A DNA stretch of 32,516 nt from an uncultured Mycobacterium sp. (lineage in GTDB: Bacteria > Actinomycetota > Actinomycetes > Mycobacteriales > Mycobacteriaceae), in NCBI GenBank assembly GCA_964453085.1, contig CAYVQQ010000004.1, positions 1-32,516 of the forward strand, in the 5' to 3' direction. The notes under the pieces are model-generated. The model saw only the letters and a list, made by a program, of their open reading frames with translations. It was not told where the DNA came from and did not search any database. This document shows, piece after piece, positions 1 through 8,230 of this stretch. The first letter of the stretch is position 1, and each line of letters begins with the position of its first letter. The translations under genes and the position numbers were made by a program.

Positions 1-2
1 CC

Positions 3-2216
3 GGGGAATCGACCGGATCTGAGAAATCGCCGCGGCCGGTGCCCGCCGGCACCGAACTCGCCGAAGCGGCCGACCTGGCCTTCATGGGCACCATCGTGAG
101 CTCCGGCGCGGGCACCGGGGTGGTGTACGCGACCGGGGCGGACGCCGAATTCGGCCGCATCGCAGCGGGTTTGGAGGAACGTCCGCCCGAGACCGGGTTC
201 CAGGTCGGGTTGCGCCAATTCTCCTATCTGCTGCTGCGGGTCGCAATCGCGCTGATGGTCGTCATCCTGGCCAGCAACCTGCTCCTGCACAGGCAGGTCA
301 TCAACTCCGTGCTGTTCTCGCTGGCGATCGCCGTGGGTATCACGCCGCAACTGCTGCCCGCCGTGGTCAGCACGAGCCTGGCCACCGGTTCGCGGCAGCT
401 GGCCCGAGCCAAGGTGCTCGTCAAGCGACTGGTGTGCATCGAGGACCTCGGCGACATCGACATCCTGGTCACCGACAAGACCGGCACCCTGACCGAGGGC
501 CGGATCACCCTGGTCGACACGGTCGACCCCGCCGGTGCGCAGAGCGAGCCGGTGCGCAGGCTCGGGCTGCTGGCCACCGACGTCGACCCGGAATCCGGTG
601 GGGCGAGCGGCAATGCGCTCGACGCCGCGCTGTGGGACGCCACGCGGGGGAAGTCCCCCCAGCAGCTGCTGGGCTGCGGCGTGCGCCGGGTCGCGGCACT
701 GCCGTTCGACCACGAGCGCCGGGCGACTTCGGTGCTGGCCGACGACGACGGGCAGCGCGTGCTCGTCGTCAAGGGCGCACCCGAGTACGTGCTGACCCGG
801 TGCCCAACGGCGCCGGCCGCCAAAGAGGCCGAAGCGACCCTCGCGGCGCTGTTCGCAGCCGGGCGCCGCGTGGTGGCGGTGGCCTCGCGGCCCGCCTCCG
901 GGCTGACCTCGATCACCCCCGCCGACGAACGCGACCTGACACTGGCCGGTTTCCTGGTGTCCGCCGACGAACCCAAACCCGCCGCCCGGCAGTCCCTGGC
1001 CGAGCTGGCCGCCCTGGGTATCGAGCTGAAGATCGCCACCGGTGACAACCCACGCGTCGCCGAAAAGGTCTGCGCCGACCTGGGTTTGGCGTCCAGGGGG
1101 ACGATCACCGGCGCGCAGATGGAGCGTTTCGGTGACCAGGAGTTCGCCGACGCCGCGCAAAACCACACCATCTTCGCCCGCATCTCCCCAGAGCAGAAGG
1201 CGCGGCTGATCACCTCCCTGCGCCGCACCGGGCGCTCGGTGGGGTTCCTGGGCGACGGGGTCAACGACGCACTGGCCCTGCACGCCGCCGACGTGGGCAT
1301 CTCGGTGGACAGCGCCACCGACGTCGCCAAGGACGCCGCCGACGTGGTGCTGCTGGAAAAGGACCTGGGGGTGCTGGCCGCCGGGGTGGCCGGGGGACGG
1401 CGGATCTTCGCCAACACCATCAAGTACGTGCTGATGGGTACGTCGAGCAATTTCGGCAACATGTTCAGCGCCGCCGCCGCCTCCGCACTGCTGCCATTCC
1501 TGCCGATGCTGCCCAGCCAGATCCTCCTGAACAACCTGCTCTACGACAGTTCCCAGCTGGCCATTCCGACCGACCGGGTCGACGACGAGCAACTGCAGGC
1601 TCCGGCGCATTGGAACGTCGCCTTCATCCGTCGGTTCATGCTGACCTTCGGCCCGATCAGCTCGCTGTTCGACTTCTTGACCTTCGGCCTGATGTTGGGC
1701 GTGCTGCACGCCGGTGCCGTCGAGTTCCGCACCGGGTGGTTCGTGGAATCCCTTGCCACACAGACGTTGATCATCTTCGCCATCCGCACGCGCAAGGTTC
1801 CTTTCGTCCGCAGCCGGCCGAGCGCCCTGCTCACGGCCACGAGCCTGACGGTCGTGGCGACCGGTGCCGTGCTCACGATCTCGCCGCTGGCACAGACCCT
1901 GGGCTTCACGCCGCTGCCGTGGCCTTTCTTCGCCGCGCTGGGCGGGTTCGTCGCCAGCTACCTGGTGCTGGTCGAGCTGGCCAAGAGGATGTTCTACGCC
2001 GAGCCGAATCACCTCCCCGGCGCGCCGCGTCGCACCCGCGGGCATGCCCACCGGATCCAGCGGCGCGCCACACGCTTTCACCACGTCAACGGCATGTCGC
2101 CGCGCACCGGCACTACCTGTGCTGAAGCGTCCAACGGCCGTCCCCACGCGGATGCCGCCCCGAAGACCATGCCCACGCCGCTCAACCTCGGCTCTGGGAG
2201 CCACGTCGGTGGCTGA
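3..2216 (+). CDS. mgtA: P-type ATPase, MgtA/P3B (Mg2+-translocating)-like; 5' end lies upstream of the window
   Basis: The frame is open from the window edge (GESTGSEK, actuator TGES region). Motifs: DKTGTLT phosphorylation site, KGAPE, TGDN, GDGVND hinge, SSNFGNMFS (M5) and NNLLYD (M6), typical of MgtA-type pumps. Confidence 0.88.
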   Translation, partial: GESTGSEKSPRPVPAGTELAEAADLAFMGTIVSSGAGTGVVYATGADAEFGRIAAGLEERPPETGFQVGLRQFSYLLLRVAIALMVVILASNLLLHRQVINSVLFSLAIAVGITPQLLPAVVSTSLATGSRQLARAKVLVKRLVCIEDLGDIDILVTDKTGTLTEGRITLVDTVDPAGAQSEPVRRLGLLATDVDPESGGASGNALDAALWDATRGKSPQQLLGCGVRRVAALPFDHERRATSVLADDDGQRVLVVKGAPEYVLTRCPTAPAAKEAEATLAALFAAGRRVVAVASRPASGLTSITPADERDLTLAGFLVSADEPKPAARQSLAELAALGIELKIATGDNPRVAEKVCADLGLASRGTITGAQMERFGDQEFADAAQNHTIFARISPEQKARLITSLRRTGRSVGFLGDGVNDALALHAADVGISVDSATDVAKDAADVVLLEKDLGVLAAGVAGGRRIFANTIKYVLMGTSSNFGNMFSAAAASALLPFLPMLPSQILLNNLLYDSSQLAIPTDRVDDEQLQAPAHWNVAFIRRFMLTFGPISSLFDFLTFGLMLGVLHAGAVEFRTGWFVESLATQTLIIFAIRTRKVPFVRSRPSALLTATSLTVVATGAVLTISPLAQTLGFTPLPWPFFAALGGFVASYLVLVELAKRMFYAEPNHLPGAPRRTRGHAHRIQRRATRFHHVNGMSPRTGTTCAEASNGRPHADAAPKTMPTPLNLGSGSHVGG

Positions 2217-2370
2217 TGAGAAATCGTCAACCGCCGGAGGGCAACCGGCGGCAATGCCCATCGCGGTGAGCCAGGTCAGGACCCGCAGAAGTCATGCGGA
2301 CTCCGGCGGCGGGGGTGCCGATTCTTCGGACACTGACCGGTCGGTGTCGGTTCAGCGGTCAGCGGCGACG

Positions 2371-2652
2371 ATGGACGCGAACATGCCGCTGCGCGACGTC
2401 CACGAGGCCGCCACGGTGCTCACCGACGCCAACTTCAGCACGGTCGTCGCGGCGATTCACACCGGCCGGCGCATCCATGACAAACGTCTCCACCTACTGT
2501 TGGACACCGCCGCATCACCGGCCGGCGATCTCGTGATGCCCCTACCGTATCCCGTCATCGTCCGGTGCGCCGACGAACTGTGGGCGTTACGGACGGCGGC
2601 GCTGCGTGGTGGCAGGAACGGAGCACCGCCATATGACACGAAGCACCGCTGA
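2371..2652 (+). pseudogene. Internally deleted relic of a second cation-transporting P-type ATPase
   Basis: DVHEAATVLTDANFSTVVAAIHTGRRIHD resembles the conserved DVA(K/R)EAA-MVL-DDNF-TIV-AV--GRR-YDN segment. It is followed almost directly by LVMPLPYPVIVRCADELW, which resembles a terminal TM helix of actinobacterial P-ATPases. Confidence 0.6.
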
Positions 2653-2756
2653 GGCACAAGATCCCAATCGTGTCGGTGCGGTCGGCCCTGTCTGCCGTCG
2701 GGGCTGCCGGCAGGCATCGGAGGGGGCAGGTCACAAACAACTCGGGGTGATCGTCC

Positions 2757-2945
2757 ATGAATAGGTCTCGACCGGCACCGAGCACGGGCCCTCCCGCCAC
2801 ACGCGTTGTGTTGCCGGAGTTGCTGGACCGGCCCCGGGACCTCATCGGCGTGCCGGTCCTGGATCCACGACGCCGGAACACCGTCTGGTCACCGCGGGTG
2901 CTCGCCACCGATTCGGCCGCCGCAGATACCCGCAAGGCACCCTGA
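2757..2945 (+). CDS. Small hypothetical protein (62 aa), possibly coupled to the downstream transporter
   Basis: ATG is preceded by GGGGTGA. The stop codon ends 1 nt before the transporter ATG at 2947. No family recognised. Confidence 0.4.
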   Translation: MNRSRPAPSTGPPATRVVLPELLDRPRDLIGVPVLDPRRRNTVWSPRVLATDSAAADTRKAP

Positions 2946-2946
2946 C

Positions 2947-4605
2947 ATGGCGCACCCGCCTACGCGGCGAGAAACAACGGCGCAAAACCCCGTCCGGGAC
3001 GCGCTGTTCGTCGATCGCCACAGTGCCGACATCGAAGGTGCGCTCGGGCGGGTCCGCGTTGCCCAGTACGCTCAGGACGGCAGGCATGGCCTTAAACGGC
3101 GTCTGCTGACCTTCCTGGCGGTGATGGGTCCAGGGCTGATCGTCATGATCGGCGACAACGACGCCGGCGGGGTGGCCACCTACGCCCAGGCCGGCCAGAA
3201 CTACGGCTACAGCCTGCTATGGACCATGACGCTGCTGCTCCCGGTGTTGATCGTCATCCAGGAGATGGTCGTGCGGTTGGCTGCGGTGACGCACATCGGC
3301 CACGCCGTACTGGTCACCCGACGGTTCGGCCGTTTCTGGGGTTGGTTTTCCTCCGCCGACCTTTTCGTGCTGAATTTTCTGACGCTGGTCACCGAATTCA
3401 TCGGGGTCGCACTGGCGTTGGAGTATTTCCACATCAGCCGCGCGATCTCGGTGCCGCTCTGCGCCGCGGCCCTGATCGCGGTCACCGTGACCGGAAGCTT
3501 TCGCCACTGGGAGCGGGCCATGTTCGCGTTCCTGGCCGTCAACGTTCTGTTGGTGCCGCTGATGTGGTTGTCGCACCCGGATTTTCAGCAGGTTGGCCGC
3601 GGCATCCTGACGCCCGGGGTGCAGGGTGGGATGTCTTCCGACGCGGTGTTGCTGATCATCGCCATCATCGGCACCACCGTCGCCCCCTGGCAACTGTTCT
3701 TCCAGCACGGCAACGTCATCGACAAGCGCATCACCCCCGAGTTCCTGAACTACGAACGCGCCGACAACGTCGTCGGGTCTCTCGTCACACAGCTCGGGAC
3801 AGTCGTTTTCATGGCTGTCGGCGCCGCCGCGGTGGCCGGCACACCGCTGACGGGCAGATTCACCGACGCACTCGGTGTCACCGAGGCTCTTTCGGCGCAC
3901 AGCCACCTGCTCGCAATCATTTTCGCGATCCTGCTGTTGGACGCCAGCATCGTCGGCGCCGCCGCGGTCACGTTGTCCTCCAGCTATGCCTTCGGTGACA
4001 TGTTCGGCGTGCACCACTCACTGCATCGCCGGTTCCGGGAAGCCAAAGCCTTCTACGTCACCTACACGCTCTTGGTCATATGTGCCGCGGCGCTGGTGTT
4101 GATACCGCACGCCGCGCTCGGTTTGGTCACCCTGGCCGTGCAGGCGCTCGCCGGGATCTTGCTTCCGGCCGCGTGCGCCTTCCTGCTGCTGCTGTGCAAC
4201 GACCGCGCGCTACTTGGGCCCTGGGTCAATCCCCGCTGGCTGAACGTCCTGAGCAGCATCATCATCGGGTGCCTCCTGGTGCTGTCGTGCACGCTGATGG
4301 TCACCACGATCTTTCCCGCCACCAACACCGCCGTGGCCCTGGCCGGGGTAACCTTCGCGCTGGTCGCCGGTTCGGTGATCGCGTTCGCCGCGGTGCGCCT
4401 CGCCGGCCGCACGTCATCGGGCACCGGCGAGCTTGCACCGGTCGACCATTCCCGGCGGGCGACGTGGCGTGCCCCGCCGCTTGCCGCTCTGCCGCCGTAT
4501 CGTTGGTCTCCGAGCCTTCGGCTCGCCATGATCCTGCTTCGCGGCTACCTGATCGTGTGCGTGGCGCTGCTGGTCGTCAAAGTCGTCCAACTTGGCCAAA
4601 CCTGA
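2947..4605 (+). CDS. NRAMP-related divalent metal transporter, paralog 1 (552 aa)
   Basis: GPGLIVMIGDNDAGGVATYAQAG (TM1), QEMVVRL and GTTVAPWQLFFQ (TM6), with many hydrophobic helices. DNDAGG replaces the DPGN motif of MntH. Confidence 0.9.
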   Translation: MAHPPTRRETTAQNPVRDALFVDRHSADIEGALGRVRVAQYAQDGRHGLKRRLLTFLAVMGPGLIVMIGDNDAGGVATYAQAGQNYGYSLLWTMTLLLPVLIVIQEMVVRLAAVTHIGHAVLVTRRFGRFWGWFSSADLFVLNFLTLVTEFIGVALALEYFHISRAISVPLCAAALIAVTVTGSFRHWERAMFAFLAVNVLLVPLMWLSHPDFQQVGRGILTPGVQGGMSSDAVLLIIAIIGTTVAPWQLFFQHGNVIDKRITPEFLNYERADNVVGSLVTQLGTVVFMAVGAAAVAGTPLTGRFTDALGVTEALSAHSHLLAIIFAILLLDASIVGAAAVTLSSSYAFGDMFGVHHSLHRRFREAKAFYVTYTLLVICAAALVLIPHAALGLVTLAVQALAGILLPAACAFLLLLCNDRALLGPWVNPRWLNVLSSIIIGCLLVLSCTLMVTTIFPATNTAVALAGVTFALVAGSVIAFAAVRLAGRTSSGTGELAPVDHSRRATWRAPPLAALPPYRWSPSLRLAMILLRGYLIVCVALLVVKVVQLGQT

Positions 4606-4698
4606 GTGGCGGAGCCTTTCGCGGACGAGGAGGACGCAAAGGAAGCGCGCGGCCGGCTGTTCACCTGCCGGTTGTGGTCACCGTCGGCTCTGGCGGCG

Positions 4699-4704
4699 TA
4701 CGAT
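4699..4704 (+). promoter_or_regulatory. Candidate SigA -10 element (TACGAT) for the MgtE-N/CBS + NRAMP-2 unit
   Basis: TANNNT hexamer in the intergenic gap, 65 nt upstream of the GTG at 4770. Confidence 0.35.
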
Positions 4705-4713
4705 CTGGCGGCC

Positions 4714-4747
4714 GAGCCGATAGGGCCACGGAGCCGACAGGGCCACG
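4714..4747 (+). repeat. 17-bp tandem direct repeat, 2 copies
   Basis: gagccgatagggccacg (4714-4730) and gagccgacagggccacg (4731-4747), 1 mismatch. Confidence 0.85.
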
Positions 4748-4769
4748 GAAGTAGCGCGGAGGAGGGCGA

Positions 4770-6122
4770 GTGAGTCCATCACATGCGGCGGTTGACGAGG
4801 GTGGGGACCGGCCGGTGATCCACCTGTCGAAACTGCTGCGTTCGCCGGTGCTGGCCCGGGCGGGCGAGACCGTGGGCCGGGTCGAGGACGTGATCGTGCG
4901 GTTGCGCGGGGCCGACGAGTACCCGCTGCTGACCGGCATCGTCGCCGGGGTGGGTGGGCGGCGGGTGTTCATCGGGAGCCGAGTCATCAGCGAGTACAGT
5001 CCCGGCCGGGTTGTGTTGGCCAAGAACAAGATTGACCTGCGCGGCTTCGAACGTCGCGACGGTGAGGTGCTGCTGCGCGCGGACGTGCTCGGGCACCGGC
5101 TGATCGACGTGGCCGCCGTCGAGTTGGTGCACGCCTACGACGCCGAACTCGAGGACACCGGCGCCGGGTGGGTGCTGGCGCGGCTGGACACCCGCTGCCC
5201 GGCGAAGTTCTTCGGGCTCATCAGGCGCTCGGGTGGGCACGCGGCCCGCGACTGGAAGGCGTTCGAACCGCTGATCGGCCACGCCCGCTCGGACGCGATG
5301 CGTCGCCACTGGGGCAGGGTCGGTGGCTTCAAACCGGCGGAGATCGCCGACCTCCTGGAGGAGGCGGACAAGGCCGAAGGCGGCGAGATCCTGGACCGGG
5401 TCCGCAGCGACCCGGAACTGGAAGCCGACGTGTTCGAGGAACTCGACCCCGACAAGGCCAGCCGCCTGCTCGACGACATGCCCGACGACGAGGTCGCCGC
5501 GTTGCTGGGCCGGATGCATGCCGACGACGCCGCCGACGCGATAGCCGACCTGCGCCAGGCGCGACGCCGGCGGGTGCTGGACCTGATGCCCGCCGCGCAG
5601 CGCACCAAGGTGATCACCCTGATGGGGTTCAACCCCGAAAGCGCCGGCGGGCTGATGAACGTCGACTTCGTGTCGTGTGCCGCGACCGCGACCGCGAGCA
5701 CGGCGCTGGCGCTGATCGCCGAGGCCCGCACCCTGCAGCCGGAGGCGCTGGTCAAGATCCACGTTCTCGACGACGACAGGCGCCTCTCGGGTGTGGTGTC
5801 GGTGATCGCGCTGCTGCAGGCCGCGCCGGGGGAGAGCGTCGGAGCCCTGATGGAATCCGACCCGGTGCGCGTCGGCGCCGCCGCCGACCTGACCGACATC
5901 GCGTTGCTGATGGCCGACTTCAACCTCTACTCCATCCCGGTCGTCGACGACCAGGACTGCGTGCTCGGGGTGGTCACCGTCGACGACGTGCTGGAGGCCA
6001 CCATTCCCGAGGACTGGCGCCGCCGCGAACCCGCGCCCCGCCCGGTCCGAGACGTAGCGCCGTCCGGGGCCCAGTCCGGCGACGAACGCGACTCGGCCGC
6101 GCAGGGAGGGGGAGAGGCGTGA
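4770..6122 (+). CDS. Soluble MgtE intracellular-domain protein (PRC-barrel-like N-terminus + MgtE N domain + CBS pair), no transmembrane domain
   Basis: LSKLLRSPV...GRVEDV (PRC-like), acidic helical repeats (PAEIADLLEE, DDAADAIADL), ESAGGLM and CBS motifs (IPVVDDQDCVLGVVTVDDVLE). RBS GGAGG. No long hydrophobic helix. Confidence 0.88.
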   Translation: MSPSHAAVDEGGDRPVIHLSKLLRSPVLARAGETVGRVEDVIVRLRGADEYPLLTGIVAGVGGRRVFIGSRVISEYSPGRVVLAKNKIDLRGFERRDGEVLLRADVLGHRLIDVAAVELVHAYDAELEDTGAGWVLARLDTRCPAKFFGLIRRSGGHAARDWKAFEPLIGHARSDAMRRHWGRVGGFKPAEIADLLEEADKAEGGEILDRVRSDPELEADVFEELDPDKASRLLDDMPDDEVAALLGRMHADDAADAIADLRQARRRRVLDLMPAAQRTKVITLMGFNPESAGGLMNVDFVSCAATATASTALALIAEARTLQPEALVKIHVLDDDRRLSGVVSVIALLQAAPGESVGALMESDPVRVGAAADLTDIALLMADFNLYSIPVVDDQDCVLGVVTVDDVLEATIPEDWRRREPAPRPVRDVAPSGAQSGDERDSAAQGGGEA

Positions 6123-7777
6123 GCGCAGGCGACGAGGGCGCCACCCACACGGCCGCCCAGAGCGCCCGCCGCAGCGCCGTGCTCGACAGTGCACACCTGG
6201 GTGATATCGAAGGCGCGTTCGGGCGCATCGCCGTCGGCGAGACCGAGCATCCCCGCACGTTCAAGACGCGGCTGCTGACCCTGCTGGCCATCGTCGGGCC
6301 GGGGATCATCGTGATGGTCGGCGACAACGACGCCGGCGGGGTGGCCACCTACGCTCAGGCCGGGCAGAACTACGGCTACTCGCTGCTGTGGGTGCTGCTT
6401 TTGTTGATCCCGGTGCTGATCGTCAACCAGGAGATGGTGGTCCGGCTCGGCGCGGTCACCGGCGTGGGGCACGCGCGGCTGATCAACGAACGCTTCGGCC
6501 GCGGCTGGGGCTGGTTCTCCGTCGGTGACCTGTTCCTGCTGAACTTCCTCACGATCGTGACCGAGTTCATCGGCATCACGCTGGCCGCCGAGTTCATCGG
6601 TGTCTCGAAGTACGTCGTGGTGCCGATCTCGGCGGTGGCGCTGGTCGCCATCATGGCCAGCGGCAGCTTCCGCCGCTGGGAGCGGGCCATGTTCGTCTTC
6701 ATCGCGGTGACCCTGCTGCAGATCCCGATGCTGCTGATGTCGCGTCCCCAATGGACGCACGCGGCGAAGTCGTTTGTGACGCCCGGCATTTCGGGTGGCG
6801 TGAGCTCGGATGCGGTGCTGTTGATCATCGCCATGGTGGGTACCACCGTGGCGCCGTGGCAGCTGTTCTTCCAGCAGTCGAATGTCGTGGACAAGCGCAT
6901 CACCCCCCGATTCATCGGCTACGAACGCGCCGACACCGTACTGGGGGCCTTCGTCGTGGTGATCGGTGCCGCGGCGCTGCTGATGACCGGCGACTGGGCG
7001 GCGCGGTCCACCGGCACCATGGGCGTCTTCTCCGACGCCGGCACCGTCGCGCATCTGCTCGGCCGGCACAGCGAGACGCTCGGCGCGTTCTTCGCGATCG
7101 TGTTGATGGACGCCTCGATCCTGGGCGCGGCCGCGGTGACCCTGTCCACCAGCTATGCGTTCGGTGACGTGTTCGGGCTCAAGCATTCGCTGCACCGCGG
7201 GTTCTCCGACGCCAAAGAGTTCTACCTGTCCTACGCGGCGATGGTGGCGGTGGCCGCCGCCATCGTGCTGATCCCCGGCGCCCCGCTGGGGTTGATCACC
7301 ACCGCCGTGCAGGCTCTCGCCGGTCTGCTGCTGCCCAGCGCCAGCGTGTTTCTGCTGCTGCTGTGCAACGACCCGCAAGTGTTGGGCCCCTGGGTCAACC
7401 GGCGCTGGCTCAACTGGGTCGCCGGGCTGATCGTCGGCGTCCTGCTGCTGCTGTCGGGGATCCTGATGGCCACCACGCTGTTCCCCGACATCGACGTCGT
7501 CGCTGTCGCCGGCTACCTGTCCCTGGCCCTGCTGGCGCTCGCCGCCGCGGCGGTCCCGCTGCTGCGCTGGATGACCCGCCGTCAGCCCGCCCGGCCGGCC
7601 CCGCCGCTGCCCGCCCGCGGTGTCGATCGCAACACGTGGCGGATGCCGCCGCTGACCCTGCTGGAGCCGGTCACCTGGTCACCCGGAACCCGCCTGGGGA
7701 TGATTGCCCTGCGCGGCTATCTGGTGATCGGCGCCGTGCTGCTGATCGTCAAAGCCGTCCAACTCGGCGCCCGGTAG
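6119..7777 (+). CDS. NRAMP-related divalent metal transporter, paralog 2 (552 aa)
   Basis: GTG start overlaps the upstream stop (GTGA). Motifs GDNDAGGVATYAQAG and GTTVAPWQLFFQQS. Clearly homologous to 2947-4605. Confidence 0.92.
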   Translation: MSAGDEGATHTAAQSARRSAVLDSAHLGDIEGAFGRIAVGETEHPRTFKTRLLTLLAIVGPGIIVMVGDNDAGGVATYAQAGQNYGYSLLWVLLLLIPVLIVNQEMVVRLGAVTGVGHARLINERFGRGWGWFSVGDLFLLNFLTIVTEFIGITLAAEFIGVSKYVVVPISAVALVAIMASGSFRRWERAMFVFIAVTLLQIPMLLMSRPQWTHAAKSFVTPGISGGVSSDAVLLIIAMVGTTVAPWQLFFQQSNVVDKRITPRFIGYERADTVLGAFVVVIGAAALLMTGDWAARSTGTMGVFSDAGTVAHLLGRHSETLGAFFAIVLMDASILGAAAVTLSTSYAFGDVFGLKHSLHRGFSDAKEFYLSYAAMVAVAAAIVLIPGAPLGLITTAVQALAGLLLPSASVFLLLLCNDPQVLGPWVNRRWLNWVAGLIVGVLLLLSGILMATTLFPDIDVVAVAGYLSLALLALAAAAVPLLRWMTRRQPARPAPPLPARGVDRNTWRMPPLTLLEPVTWSPGTRLGMIALRGYLVIGAVLLIVKAVQLGAR

Positions 7778-7864
7778 CGCGATGGTCGCGTGCCGCGACC
7801 TGGAAACCCTCACCGAGCGGATCGGGCGCGGTCACCTCGCACCGGGGGCGCGATGCCGGCGGGA

Positions 7865-8077
7865 TCATTTCGGGACCGAGATCCCCTCGAGGTCCGTCAG
7901 CGCCGTCTCGATTCCCGTGTCGATCTGTTCGGCCACCCCGGGGCCGCCCATCGGGACCGGCTGCGGGCAACTGCAGCTGAGGACGTTGAATGAACGGGGA
8001 TCGGCGCCCGCGGGTGCCGCCGTCCCCGCCGCAGCAGTCCCCGCAACGACGACACACACAATGAATTTCGTGACCAC
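7865..8077 (-). CDS. Small secreted hypothetical protein (70 aa) with CSC motif
   Basis: Signal-peptide-like N-terminus ending AGA-DP, mature part SFNVLSCSC...QIDTGI. Purine-rich GGAG upstream. Confidence 0.7.
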   Translation of the reverse strand: MVTKFIVCVVVAGTAAAGTAAPAGADPRSFNVLSCSCPQPVPMGGPGVAEQIDTGIETALTDLEGISVPK

Positions 8078-8158
8078 CCGTGGCTCTCCCGTATCGACGC
8101 TGGCTGAATCTTAGGGGCCGGTGGTGTCGGTCGCACGTCAAGATTGTGCAAAGCGGGC

Positions 8159-8230
8159 AATTGTGCGAAGCACCGATCACGAAATTGTGCGAAGCACCGA
8201 TCACGAAATTGTGCGACGCACCCATTACGA
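8159..8230. repeat. 24-bp tandem repeat, 3 copies (VNTR-like)
   Basis: aattgtgcgaagcaccgatcacga twice exactly (8159-8182, 8183-8206), plus aattgtgcgacgcacccattacga (8207-8230, 3 mismatches). Confidence 0.95.

Noticed and set aside
2650-2946. M-box (ykoK) Mg2+ riboswitch upstream of the NRAMP-like gene
   Set aside because: I could not find the conserved M-box sequence blocks by eye. An Infernal search would be decisive, and the element could lie upstream of the window.
5168-6118. 869-aa extended or fused version of NRAMP paralog 2
   Set aside because: The N-terminal 317 codons are Arg/Gly-rich alternative-frame sequence overlapping the MgtE-N gene. The GTGA overlap and the paralog alignment place the start at 6119.
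2947-7777. Labelling the NRAMP-like genes mntH, or the CBS protein a complete mgtE
   Set aside because: The transporters lack the DPGN and MPH metal-binding motifs of MntH, and the CBS protein has no membrane domain.
8159-8230. CRISPR array
   Set aside because: The repeats are directly adjacent with no unique spacers, and there are no cas genes in the window.
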